From an uncultured Verrucomicrobiae bacterium (GTDB lineage: Bacteria; Verrucomicrobiota; Verrucomicrobiia; Chthoniobacterales; Chthoniobacteraceae): a stretch of 64,000 nt of DNA. Under the pieces are notes generated by a model that did no database searches, was not told the origin of the DNA, and worked only from the letters and a program-made list of their open reading frames with translations. Made by a program: the position numbers and the translations under genes. Location: assembly GCA_963715805.1 (NCBI GenBank), contig OY970277.1:2844368-2908367 (forward strand), given 5' to 3'. How positions within the stretch are numbered: the stretch's first letter is position 1; each line of letters begins with the position of its first letter. This document shows positions 29,038-39,149 of the stretch, one piece after another.

Positions 29038-30792
29038 ATGGTCAGTTCGAGCGCGCCCGAGGAAGTCAAGATCAGCGGGCGTTTACAACGTTTTCTCTTT
29101 TTTATAGCCTACCTCTCCGCGGGTCTGGGGTTCGCTGTGTTGGTCGGCTGGCATGCCCACATCGCCGCCCTCATCCAGATCCGCCCCACGCTCGCTCCGA
29201 TGCAGTATAACGGCGCCATCTGCTTTGTGCTGGCCGGCGCAGCGTTCTGGACGTTTGCATCGGGGCGCATCCGCGTGGCGCAAGGGATCGGCGCGGCCAT
29301 CGCCGTCTTTTCCTTCCTGACGCTGCTCGAATACGTCTCGGGGCTGGAGTTGGGGATCGACCAGGCGTTGTTCCATCCATACATCAGCACGGAGTCGAGT
29401 CCCGGGCGTGTCTCGCCCGCGACGGCGGTCTGTTTCCTGCAGCTCGGCCTTGCCTTCATCCTGTGCGGGGTGCCGCTCGCAGCGGAATGGCGGCGGGTAT
29501 GCATCGGCTCGCTGGGGTCGGTCATCCTGTCGATCTCTTTTGTGGCGTTGCTCGGGTATGCCTTCGGGCTGCCCGGCACGTATGGCTGGCGCCAGCTCAC
29601 GCGGATCGCCGCGCACACCGCCCTCGGGCTGGGTTTCCTGGGCGTCGGCACGTCCTCCATCGCGTGGAGCAGCAGCCGGAACAAGGGCGAACGCACCCCG
29701 CGGTGGCTGCCGATCCCGCTCGGGCTCGCAACGATGACGGCTACTTTCATCCTGAGTCAGGCGCTGGCCACCAAACAGAACCAGGAGATCGCGCAGACCA
29801 TCCAGGCGCACGCCGAGGAAGTCCGGACCGTCCTGTCCGTCCGCATGGAGGCGCGCATCCTCTCGCTCCTGCGCATGGCCAAGCGTTGGAACTTCGGGGG
29901 CCGGCCCTCCCAGGCCGCCTGGGAGGATGACGCGAAGAACTACGTCGCGGACTTTCCCGATTTCCAGGCCATCGAATGGATCGACCCGGCAAACCTGGTC
30001 CGCTGGATCGTTCCGTTGAAGGGCAACGAATCCAAGATAAATGCGAATATTACCCGCGACGGCTTACGGCACCGGGCCGTGGCCGAGGCATTGCGGACGC
30101 GCGGCCCGGCGATCACCCGCACCCTGGAGCTGCTGCTCGGCGGCAACGGGTTCATCGTGTATCTGCCCGTCTATGACAGGGGTGCGTCCGACGGCGTCGT
30201 CGCCTCCGTGCTCAAGACGCAGCTCTTGTTTCAGAAACTGCTGCCGCCGGCCATCGCGGCCGGCACATCCATCACCGTATTCGAGGACGGGAAGGCTATC
30301 TACAAACGCGACCCGGGGCCGGCGCCCACCACGAAGGGATGGGTGGTCGATACGAACGTCGATGTCCGCGGGATTCACTGGGTCGCGCGCGTGGCGCCGA
30401 CACCGAGGATGGTCGCGCTGTTGAAGTCCAAACTTCCGCTCTTCGTCTTCATCGCGGGTGTCGTGGCTTCGGCCATGCTGTCGCTCACGGCGCACCTCGC
30501 CCAGTCGAACTCTACCCGGGCCAGGGAGAGCGCCGCTATCAATATGGATTTGCGGGCCGCGCTCGCCGAAGTGAAGACGTTGAGCGGCCTGCTCCCCATC
30601 TGCTACGATTGCAAACGCATCCGGGATGACGGCGGGTACTGGAACCGGCTGGAGAAATACATCACGCGGCATTCCAACGCGAAGTTCAGCCACGGCCTCT
30701 GCCCCGAGTGCGCGGTTAAAGCCTTCGAGGAGGCCGGCATCGAAGTCCCCGAGTCCGTCCACGAAGCGGTTGAACATCAGCGGCTCGCGTAG
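29038..30792 (+). CDS. membrane sensor: N-terminal ~7-TM domain, extracytoplasmic CHASE-like domain, TM, short cytoplasmic tail ending in a Cys4 ribbon (no kinase/GGDEF/HD)
   Basis: Hydrophobic N-terminal half; [22 protein letters not shown]... domain between TMs; C-terminal [47 protein letters not shown]. Confidence 0.65.
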   Translation: MVSSSAPEEVKISGRLQRFLFFIAYLSAGLGFAVLVGWHAHIAALIQIRPTLAPMQYNGAICFVLAGAAFWTFASGRIRVAQGIGAAIAVFSFLTLLEYVSGLELGIDQALFHPYISTESSPGRVSPATAVCFLQLGLAFILCGVPLAAEWRRVCIGSLGSVILSISFVALLGYAFGLPGTYGWRQLTRIAAHTALGLGFLGVGTSSIAWSSSRNKGERTPRWLPIPLGLATMTATFILSQALATKQNQEIAQTIQAHAEEVRTVLSVRMEARILSLLRMAKRWNFGGRPSQAAWEDDAKNYVADFPDFQAIEWIDPANLVRWIVPLKGNESKINANITRDGLRHRAVAEALRTRGPAITRTLELLLGGNGFIVYLPVYDRGASDGVVASVLKTQLLFQKLLPPAIAAGTSITVFEDGKAIYKRDPGPAPTTKGWVVDTNVDVRGIHWVARVAPTPRMVALLKSKLPLFVFIAGVVASAMLSLTAHLAQSNSTRARESAAINMDLRAALAEVKTLSGLLPICYDCKRIRDDGGYWNRLEKYITRHSNAKFSHGLCPECAVKAFEEAGIEVPESVHEAVEHQRLA

Positions 30793-30817
30793 CTCCGGGG
30801 TCGATCCCCTTTTCCTC

Positions 30818-30896
30818 ATCCGTGCAAATCCGTGTCATCCGTGGTCAGAAATTCTTTTCCTGATGTTTCCCACGGATTTCACGGATGGACACGGAT
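30818..30896. promoter_or_regulatory. palindromic array: three direct ATCCGTG heptamers at 9-10 bp spacing, 27-bp spacer, three inverted CACGGAT heptamers
   Basis: tcATCCGTGcaaATCCGTGtcATCCGTGg...cCACGGATttCACGGATggaCACGGATg, between convergent sensor and flotillin genes. Confidence 0.6.
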
Positions 30897-30943
30897 GAAG
30901 AGGGGAGAGCGTTTGAATCAGGGCCGCGCCGAATAGGCAGAAT

Positions 30944-33058
30944 CTACTTCTCGCCCTCCGGGGGCTTCGCTTCCTTCGCCTTCTCCACATATTGCGCGGC
31001 GAAGTCTTGCAGGGCTGATGTATCCACGCCCTCCGCGCCGACCCCGATGCCGCTCTTCTCGCTCACGAGCAGGCCGAGGAGCTGGCCGACCAGCCCTCCC
31101 GTTTGGCCTTCCCCTTCGCCGCCGGAGCCGCTGATGAACATGCGCTCCGGCACGAGCGGCTGGGTGCTCCTGGAGAACTGCTCGGCCACCAGGTTCAGCG
31201 CAAAGAGCCTCGGGTCGCGGTAGGCGTTCACCTTCTGCAGCGTCACGGCGGCTTCCGCGAGGCCGATCTGCGCGATGCGGGACGCCTCGCCCTTGCCCAC
31301 GAGTTCCTTCGAGGTAGCCTCGCCCTGCGCCAGCGCCACCTGCCGTTTCGCGAGCCGCTCGGACTCCGCAAGCTGCGCCTCGCCCTTGTTCGCGGCCACC
31401 TCGATGTCGATCTTCGACTGGGTCAGCTCGGTCTGTTTCGCCGCAGCCGCTTCCGCCTGGCGGAATTGACGGAGGTTCTCCGCCGCCTCCTGCTGTTTCA
31501 CAAATGTCGCCTTTTGTTCGTCGGCGAGCCGGCGCTGCCGGAGCTGGTCGAACAGACGCTCGATCGGGTCATCCCTGCCGGGAGCGGTCTTCGACTCGGG
31601 CCGGCCGATCAGGACGGCGATGCAATTGATATCATATTCGGTGAAGCGTTTCCCGAGCGCCACGGTCGCCTCGCGCTGGATGTCCTCGCGCTTGGTCAGG
31701 AGGTCGAGCATGCTGCTGCTCTGCGCCACGTCGCGGAAATACGCGGTGAGGATCGGGTCAAGCGTTTGGTCGATGAGGCGCTTCACGTCGCCGAAACGCT
31801 GCACCACGCTCGGCGCTTTCTGGTAGTCGATGTGCACCACGACCGAGAGCGGCAGGGTCGGCTCGTAGCCATCCGCGGTGATGAGCGCGATGCTCTCCAG
31901 GTTCTCGTCGTACTTGTGCTCTTCGGTCTCGTTGGTGATCCACTTCAGCACGAAGTTGATGGTCGGCACGAACTCGATCTTTACCGCGTAGGGATTCAAC
32001 GCGTATTTGCCCGGCGCCAGCGCGTGCCGCCACACCCCGCGCTCGCCCAGTTCCACCTGCTCGCCGTACCGGAACGCCTCGCCGCTCGTGTCCGCGCCGA
32101 CGCTGCCGTGATACGACACCACCACGCCCACGTAGCCGATAGGCACCAGCGTCTTCGACTTGATCTCCACCGTCGCGAACCAGCGGTTGATGAAAAATGT
32201 GCCGTCGGTGAGCACCTGGAGCTGCTTGCCGCGTTTGCCACCGAGCGCGAGGAACGCCTCCGTGTCCTGGAAATAATCGTGATCCGGCTGGCCCGCCACG
32301 GGCTTCACCTCGGGCGCGATGATCTCGCCCGACCCGATGGTCGGCCCGTCGTGGACGCTCACCACGCCGATGGTATCCACCGGGAGGACGCCCGCCGTCA
32401 CCGCCTCGGCGGGTTTGCGCCCCGAGGATTTCGGCGCGGACTCGGGGTCGAGGATCATCTGCCCCGAAGCGCTGCCGATGACGACGGGGAGGAAGCCGCG
32501 CATGTCGTCGAGCTGGGTTTTCCACTGGATATATTTCGTCTCCTCGTCATCGCGGAGCGGGCCCGAGAAGACCTTGTCCTCGGTGATGATGACGAAGAGC
32601 GCGAGGTTGATCGCATAGACGCCCTCGCGAAGGATCGCGCGCTGGCGCCCGCGCTGGCCCGCGTTGTTCAGGAACGCCTGGGCATCCTGGAAATGATTGG
32701 AATCCACCATGCGCCCGAGCGTCTGCGTGGCCGGCAGCGGGTCGCCGTCGCGCGCATAGACGTAGCCCATCTTCCCCTGGCCCACGGTCACAAGCGGCTG
32801 CCGGTGCACCCGGTATTGCCACGAATAGAGGCCGAAATGGACGCCGCCGCGGAGGATGCTTGTCTGGAACCCGGCCTCGCCCGCGCGAGCGATGATCTGC
32901 CCCTGCTTCAGCGAGCCCCTGCTGCTCCAGAGTTTCTCGATCACCCCGATCTGCGTGTGCGGGATGTAAACGATTCCCAGGAGCCGCGGCAACGCGAAGA
33001 GTAATGCGATGACAGCCAGAATGAGGAGGCCGTAGATGACGATGTGAATGTTATCCAT
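30944..33058 (-). CDS. flotillin/SPFH (band-7) family protein, long form (YqiK-like)
   Basis: N-terminal TM, SPFH domain, long Ala/Glu/Gln-rich coiled-coil tail; 704 aa. Confidence 0.8.
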   Translation of the reverse strand: MDNIHIVIYGLLILAVIALLFALPRLLGIVYIPHTQIGVIEKLWSSRGSLKQGQIIARAGEAGFQTSILRGGVHFGLYSWQYRVHRQPLVTVGQGKMGYVYARDGDPLPATQTLGRMVDSNHFQDAQAFLNNAGQRGRQRAILREGVYAINLALFVIITEDKVFSGPLRDDEETKYIQWKTQLDDMRGFLPVVIGSASGQMILDPESAPKSSGRKPAEAVTAGVLPVDTIGVVSVHDGPTIGSGEIIAPEVKPVAGQPDHDYFQDTEAFLALGGKRGKQLQVLTDGTFFINRWFATVEIKSKTLVPIGYVGVVVSYHGSVGADTSGEAFRYGEQVELGERGVWRHALAPGKYALNPYAVKIEFVPTINFVLKWITNETEEHKYDENLESIALITADGYEPTLPLSVVVHIDYQKAPSVVQRFGDVKRLIDQTLDPILTAYFRDVAQSSSMLDLLTKREDIQREATVALGKRFTEYDINCIAVLIGRPESKTAPGRDDPIERLFDQLRQRRLADEQKATFVKQQEAAENLRQFRQAEAAAAKQTELTQSKIDIEVAANKGEAQLAESERLAKRQVALAQGEATSKELVGKGEASRIAQIGLAEAAVTLQKVNAYRDPRLFALNLVAEQFSRSTQPLVPERMFISGSGGEGEGQTGGLVGQLLGLLVSEKSGIGVGAEGVDTSALQDFAAQYVEKAKEAKPPEGEK

Positions 33059-33142
33059 AGGTTGGGGTGGTTGGATGATCGTCCTCCCATGCGCCGCGGC
33101 AACGCAAGCTAAAGTCAGGCAGCCGGCGGAGCGGCCTCCCGT

Positions 33143-33607
33143 TCAGGGGAACAACCCAAGCTGCCGCAGATGGAATTCCGACAGGCGCCGGGTAAGCTCC
33201 AACGGCAACCCTCCCTTGATGACCCCGATGGTCACGTCATCCTGCATCTTCTTGTAGAGCGCCGGCAGCGGCCGCTGGACTTTCTTCCACAGCTCGATGT
33301 CCCGTTTCATCGCGGCCATGTTGGCTTTGTCATCCGGGCCGGTGGTGAGGAGGCGGCCGGCTTCGGCCTCGGGCAGCGTGAGGAGGGGCCCGTAGCTTGT
33401 CTCCACCTCTTTCATCATCGACTCGGCGCCCTGGGTCACGTCGTCCGCGGTGAAACGCTCGTCCCGGCCCGCGATGAGCTTCAGCATTTCGGTGATCTGC
33501 CCTTTGAGGATGCCGAGGAACTTTTCCTTCAACTGCTGCGAAGCCGCGGGCTCCTGCGCGGCCGGGGCCAGGGCCGCCAGGGCCAGAACGAGGATCAACG
33601 CGCGCAT
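33143..33607 (-). CDS. secreted hypothetical protein
   Basis: Signal peptide MRALILVLALAALAPAAQ; 154 aa. Confidence 0.45.
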   Translation of the reverse strand: MRALILVLALAALAPAAQEPAASQQLKEKFLGILKGQITEMLKLIAGRDERFTADDVTQGAESMMKEVETSYGPLLTLPEAEAGRLLTTGPDDKANMAAMKRDIELWKKVQRPLPALYKKMQDDVTIGVIKGGLPLELTRRLSEFHLRQLGLFP

Positions 33608-33996
33608 GGCTGCGCTACGACGCGCCGGGTCCGTGCGAGAAGGAAACGGTTGTAGGCGAATCGCGCGATGTGGTCGCCGGCGAACGCCAAAAGAAGCCCC
33701 GCCGCGATGCCGGAGGCGACACCGGCCGAGAGGATCTGCCCGGAGCGAAGCCGGAGATCAAAAACGTTGGAGCCGATCCAAAGTAAAAATGCCCCCGCGG
33801 GCGCTCCCAAGGCCGCGCAAAGCTGGTAATGCAGCGCGCGCAGCCCGGAAGACATCCGACGCCGGAAAACCCCCACCATCGCCGAAGTGGACACGATGCC
33901 GAGCCCAACGAGCAGGAAAGCGCACCCCGCGCACGCCAGGCCGAGCCCTGCGCCGATGCCAAAAAGCACCATGAAGAAAATGACGAACAAGAGCAC
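33595..33996 (-). CDS. small polytopic membrane protein (possible YqiJ/NfeD-like flotillin partner)
   Basis: Four hydrophobic segments; precedes the secreted-protein and flotillin genes co-directionally. Confidence 0.4.
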   Translation of the reverse strand: MLLFVIFFMVLFGIGAGLGLACAGCAFLLVGLGIVSTSAMVGVFRRRMSSGLRALHYQLCAALGAPAGAFLLWIGSNVFDLRLRSGQILSAGVASGIAAGLLLAFAGDHIARFAYNRFLLARTRRVVAQPCAR

Positions 33997-34132
33997 GTGG
34001 AGATCAGGCGCGGGCCTGCCTTCGGAGAGGAGCGGGCATTGCGCGAGCCGCGGCGTTGATTCGGAGGACTTTCAAAGGGTTGGGCCTTGTCGGATGCGCG
34101 GAAGTCGAGTCGGATTTTGCCTTTGCCAGGCC

Positions 34133-34579
34133 TCATGCTCGGGAGAGCGCGTCTTCCGAGATAAACAGGTCTCGCTCTCGAAAGGCGGCCGGACTTTGCG
34201 TGAGCAGCCAGACACGGGCTTCGGGCGAGTTCAATGCGAACCATGGTTTGTCGGGGTAACGCTTGCCGCCGGTGTGGGCCCATGCCGGCCTCGAAATGTT
34301 ATACGTGGCCGCGAGGTGATTGGCGAGCGCGGCAAGATAGGCGTCGGCAACGCCTCCGTCTTTGAGGCCGGAGCGAAGTTCCGACGGCTCTTCGCTCATC
34401 GCCGCCCTCTTCCCCTTCTTCGTGACAGCGTAGAAGTCGTCCAGGAAATTGCGCAGGGCGAAGCCAAAGGCTTCATTGCCCATTTTCGAGCTTTTCCTAC
34501 TTCCCACCAGGGCTTCTCGAGCGATTTGCGCGATCGTCAGCCTCGGCGGTTCCCCGTTACCGCGGGCCCGCGGGCTCAT
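34133..34579 (-). CDS. hypothetical partner protein of the upstream nucleotidyltransferase (possible HEPN-like, RPAWAH = Rx4H)
   Basis: Overlaps the NTase gene by 23 nt; 148 aa. Confidence 0.35.
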   Translation of the reverse strand: MSPRARGNGEPPRLTIAQIAREALVGSRKSSKMGNEAFGFALRNFLDDFYAVTKKGKRAAMSEEPSELRSGLKDGGVADAYLAALANHLAATYNISRPAWAHTGGKRYPDKPWFALNSPEARVWLLTQSPAAFRERDLFISEDALSRA

Positions 34580-35108
34580 CTTTGATCTCCTCCAGGCATT
34601 CGAGAATCATAAACTGAGTCTTCGGGGAAATCATCTTTCTTGGGTAGTATTGTTCCACCAGATCGAGCGCCTCCGTTTCAGTCGTAATCTTCAGCCTTTT
34701 CATCAGTAGAAGGATGTCAGCCCTGTCTCCCTTTGTGTCATACCCTGGAGCGCGCGCGGCGATGCATTTCATCGCGAGGAGATAAGATGCGGTTGGCGCG
34801 ATGACCTGAATGTGCGAGAACTGCGGCAGATCCTCTTCGGTAAAAGAACCCTTAGCGGATAGGAAACCTTTGACTCCGTCGTTGAGCCAATCTCTCGCCA
34901 GTCCCAATTCGTCGGCGATCTTCTCCGCGGACAGCCTGACCAAAGTTTTGGGACGGAATACAGCGTCAACGTCCTTGGTCGAAAGCCTCGCATTGAATGC
35001 GAAGATCATCGCGGTGCCGCCGTACAAGCAGATTTCGGCTTTGGACGCTTCCGCGGCCAGCTCTCTGTTCAAGGCTTTAAGAGCCTTTATGATCCCGCTT
35101 TTCGTCAT
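34557..35108 (-). CDS. minimal nucleotidyltransferase-fold protein (AbiEii/MNT-like GGTAM...DVD motif)
   Basis: ICLYGGTAMIFAFNARLSTKDVDAVF matches hG[GS]x9-13DhD NTase signature. Confidence 0.55.
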   Translation of the reverse strand: MTKSGIIKALKALNRELAAEASKAEICLYGGTAMIFAFNARLSTKDVDAVFRPKTLVRLSAEKIADELGLARDWLNDGVKGFLSAKGSFTEEDLPQFSHIQVIAPTASYLLAMKCIAARAPGYDTKGDRADILLLMKRLKITTETEALDLVEQYYPRKMISPKTQFMILECLEEIKDEPAGPR

Positions 35109-35147
35109 GGCTCGACGCGCGAATCGTCTCGATGCCAGCGGGACCTG

Positions 35148-36999
35148 CTATTCCACCGTGACGCTTTTTGCCAGGTTCCGGGGTTTGTCCACGTCGCAGC
35201 CGAGTTTCACGGCGAGGTGATACGCCAGGAGCTGCAGGGGGATCACCGTCAATATCGGCGAAAGATAGTCGGGGCATTTGGGGACGTAGATGACATCGTC
35301 TGCGACCCGTTCGAGGCGGGTGCAGCCTTCGGTGCCGATGGCTATGACCGGCCCTTTGCGCGCTTTGACTTCCTGCATGTTGCTGACGTTCTTGTCGAAC
35401 ACGGAGTCCTCGGGCGCGATGACCACGGAGGGGAGCTCGGGGCTGATGAGGGCGATGACCCCGTGCTTCAACTCGGCGCTGGGGTGCCCCTCGGCGTGGA
35501 TGTAGCTGATCTCCTTCATCTTCAACGCCCCCTCGAGCGCGACCGGGAAGTTGAATTGCCGGCCCATGAACATGAGGCCGTGCGCGCTCGAATATTTTTC
35601 GGCGATGGCCTTGATCTGGTCGTTCATCTCCAGGATGCGCTTGACCTTGCCGGGGATCTGCCTCGAGCTCCTCGATGATGCGGATGCCTTCGACGGTGGA
35701 TTGATGCCGGATGCGGCCGAGCAGCAGCGCTATGAGGGTGAGGATGGTGACCTGCGAGGTGAACGACTTGGTGGCGGCGACGCCGATCTCGGGCCCGGCG
35801 TGCATGTACACGCCGCCGTCGCTCTCGCGCGCGATGGTGCTGGCGACGTTGTTGCAGATGCCCAGGGTGCGGTGGCCTTTGCGCTGGCTCTCGCGCATGG
35901 CCGCCAGGGTATCGGCGGTCTCCCCGCTCTGGCTGATGACGAAGACGAGGGTATCCCGCGTCATGGGCATGTTCCGGTAGCGGAACTCGCTGGCGAACTC
36001 CACCTCCGTGGGAAGATGGGCGAGCGTCTCGATGAGGTATTCGCCCACCAGCGCGGCGTGGTACGCGGTGCCGCAGCCGCTGAGGACGACGCGCTCGATG
36101 CCGCGCAGCTCCTTGGCCGTCATCTCGAGCCCGCCGAGGATCGCGGTCGCTTCCTCGAGCGAGAGCCGGCCGCGCATGGCGTCGTGGACGGTCTCGGGCT
36201 GCTCGTAGATTTCCTTCAGCATGTAGTGCGGGTAAGCGCCCTTGCTGACGTCTTCGGCCGTGAACTCGACCTGGCTGACCTCGTAGCCGGAGACGCCCCC
36301 GAGGAGGGAGGTGATCTCGAATTGCTCGCCGTCGATGCACGCGATGTCGAAGTCGTTCAGGTACACGGCTTCCCGCGTGTGGGCGACGATCGCCCCGGTG
36401 TCGCTCGCGAGAAAATTTTCCCCCCGGCCCACGCCCAGGACGAGCGGGCTGCCGCGACGCGCGCCGACAACGATGCCCGGGACCTCCTGGTGGATGAGGA
36501 CGATGCCGTACGTGCCGATGACCTGTTTCAGCGCCGCGCTCAGGGCCGCGACGAGGCGCGCCTTGGACGGTTCACCGCCGGCGTCGTCGTAGTGCTTGCC
36601 GATGAGATGGGTGAGCACCTCGGTATCGGTCTGCGACTGAAAGGTGTGGCCCTCCCGGAGGAGCTCGTCCTTCAGCGTCTGGTAGTTCTCGATGACGCCG
36701 TTGTGCACGAGCGCCAGCTTCCCGCGCTGGTCGAGGTGCGGGTGCGCATTCGAGTCGGTGACGCCGCCGTGCGTGGCCCACCGGGTGTGGCTGATGCCGA
36801 CGACGCCCTTCGGCGGCTCCTGGTGGATGAGCTCGGCGAGATTGTTGATCCTGCCGGCGCATTTCCGCAGCTCGACGGAGCCGTTATGGAGGGTGGCCAG
36901 GCCTGCGGAATCGTAGCCGCGGTATTCCATGCGGCGCAGCCCGTCCAGGAGGATGGGGACAGCCTGGACCTGGCCGATGTAGCCGATAATTCCACACAT
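35148..36999 (-). CDS. glmS: glutamine--fructose-6-phosphate aminotransferase, interrupted by one frameshift near 35650-35665 (sequencing error or pseudogene)
   Basis: MCGIIGY... continuous to ...RIIEELEA, then out of frame; +1 frame reads IPGKVKRILEMNDQIKAIAEKY...KSVTVE (track ORF 35148..35627). Confidence 0.85.
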
Positions 37000-37146
37000 A
37001 CGAACTTTTCAATGTGACAAACTTTTCCCGCGGCGGCAAGATAGATGCGTCGGATGCATCCGGTTCCCCCGTTCGTTCCGGAACCTCCTGGTAACCCCCC
37101 GCCCACTCCGAAGCCCAGAAGCCCCCAAGCTCCCTTGCCACCGCTC

Positions 37147-38441
37147 ATGAACCCCGTCATCTCCCCGCAGAACGACACGCTCGCCATCATCATGGGCGGC
37201 GGCGCGGGAACGCGCCTGTTCCCCCTCACGAAGGATCGCTCGAAGCCCGCGGTGCCGCTGGCGGGCAAATATCGCATCGTGGACATCCCGGTCGAGCAAT
37301 TGCATCAACTCCGGGCTGCGCCACATCTACGTGCTCACGCAGTTCAACAGCACCTCGCTCCACAGGCACATCAGCAGCAGCTACAAGTTCGACATCTTCT
37401 CCCGCAGCTTCGTCGAGATCCTCGCCGCGCAGCAGACGCCCGAGGGCTCCACCTGGTACCAGGGCACGGCGGATGCCGTCCGCCAGAACCTCCGCGATTT
37501 CCTCCAGCGGCCCTACCGAGTATTTCATCATCCTCAGCGGCGACCAACTCTACCGATGGATTACCGGCTCCTCCTGGCGCAGCACATCGCCAAGAACGCG
37601 GACATCACCATCGCCACCATCCCCGTGGGGCGCGCCGCCGCGACGGACTTCGGCATCATGCACAGCGACCCCGAGCACACGCATATTCCGGTTCGAGGAG
37701 AAGCCGAAGACCGACGCCCTGCTGGATGAGTTGAAGATCCCGCCTCCGCTGCTCAAGGAGCTCGGCCGCAGCGAGTCCGAGGAACTCTACCAGGCGTCGA
37801 TGGGCATCTACGTCTTCAATCGCGAGGTGCTCATCGAAGCGCTCGACAATAATTTCGTCGGACTTCGGCAAGCACATCATCCCGAAGGCCATCAAGGACT
37901 ATACGGTCTCGGCCTACATCTTCCAGGGCTACTGGGAGGACATCGGAACCATCCGCGCATTCTTCGAGGCGAACCTCAATCTCACCGACCGCGTGCCTGC
38001 CTATCAGTTTCTTCGATACCGAGGCGCCCGTTTACACGCACGCCCGTTTCCTGCCGGCCAGCAAGGTGAACGCCGCGTCCTTGAAACAGGTCGTCATTTC
38101 CGACGGCTGCATCATTTCCGACGCCCACCTCGAACGGTGCGTCATCGGCGTCCGCAGTTATGTGGACAGCGGCACCACCATCCGCCACAGCATCCTCATG
38201 GGCGCGGATTTCTACGAGGTCGAGGCGTCCACGCGCGAGCACCACGCGACCAAGCTCGGCATCGGGCGCAACTGCACCATCGACCACGCCATCATCGACA
38301 AGAACGCGCGCATCGGGGACAACGTCGTCATTTCGCCCGAGGGGAAGCCGGAGAACTGCGACGGCGAGAATTATCTATATACGCGACGGCATCGTCATCG
38401 TCCCGAAGAACGCCGTCATTCCGACCGGCACCTGGGTATGA
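37147..38441 (+). pseudogene. glgC: glucose-1-phosphate adenylyltransferase with about 6 frameshifts, amino-acid sequence otherwise well conserved
   Basis: Colinear GlgC peptide across tiled track ORFs 37045, 37331, 37473, 37993, 38066, 38160: [48 protein letters not shown] / [34 protein letters not shown] / [15 protein letters not shown] / [24 protein letters not shown] / [10 protein letters not shown]...ASMGIYVFN / [33 protein letters not shown] / [17 protein letters not shown]...[12 protein letters not shown] / [21 protein letters not shown]. Confidence 0.85.
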
Positions 38442-39139
38442 GCGAGCGCATCTTCCTCTCCGGGGCGAATCGCGGCATCGGCCTCGCCCTGTCGCGCGAG
38501 TTGCTCGCCCGCGGCCATGCTCTCACCGCCGGCGTGCGCGCTCCCGCGAAGGCCGCGGAGCTTCAGGAGCTCGCCTCCGGCTCGGGCGGCTCGCTTTCCA
38601 TTGTCCGGCTCGACGTGGACTCCGACTCGTCCGTCGAACAGGCAAAGCAGGGCCTCGACAGCCTCGATGTGCTCATCAACAACGCCGCCATCTTTCCCGA
38701 GGAAGGCGGCGAGACCCTCGAAGCCATGGAGCTGCGGTGGTTCCGCGAGGCGTTCGAAACGAACGTCGTCGGCGTGTTGCGTCTCACGCGCGCGCTCGCC
38801 CCGCTCCTGGAAAAGGGGAGCAACCCGCGCGTCATCAATGTGTCGTCCCTCGCGGGCTCCATCGGGCGGAAGGAAGACCACGCGTACTACGCCTACTCCA
38901 CCTCGAAAGCCGCTTTGAACATGGCCACCCGGGCTGTCGCCGCCGAATACAAGCCGCGCGGCATCTGCGTGGTGGCGCTCTCGCCCGGCTGGGTGAAGAC
39001 GGAGATGGGGGGCCCGAACGCGCCGCTCACCCCCGAGGAGTCCGCCCGCTCCATCGCGGACGCGGTCTCCACGCTCACGATGAAAAAAGCGGGCCTGTTC
39101 CTGGAACGGAACGGCAGCGTTTTGCAGGACGCGTGGTAG
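38438..39139 (+). CDS. short-chain dehydrogenase/reductase (SDR)
   Basis: [11 protein letters not shown] (TGxxxGxG-like), NNAA, YSTSK (YxxxK); ATG overlaps glgC stop. Confidence 0.85.
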   Translation: MSERIFLSGANRGIGLALSRELLARGHALTAGVRAPAKAAELQELASGSGGSLSIVRLDVDSDSSVEQAKQGLDSLDVLINNAAIFPEEGGETLEAMELRWFREAFETNVVGVLRLTRALAPLLEKGSNPRVINVSSLAGSIGRKEDHAYYAYSTSKAALNMATRAVAAEYKPRGICVVALSPGWVKTEMGGPNAPLTPEESARSIADAVSTLTMKKAGLFLERNGSVLQDAW

Positions 39140-39149
39140 GGGAGAAAGA

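Noticed and set aside
31103-33004. 633-aa plus-strand ORF opposite the flotillin gene
   Set aside because: Antisense artefact; flotillin frame has SPFH motifs
37000-37146. glmS ribozyme or riboswitch in the glmS/glgC divergent leader
   Set aside because: No recognisable glmS ribozyme core; only a short GGATGCATCC palindrome
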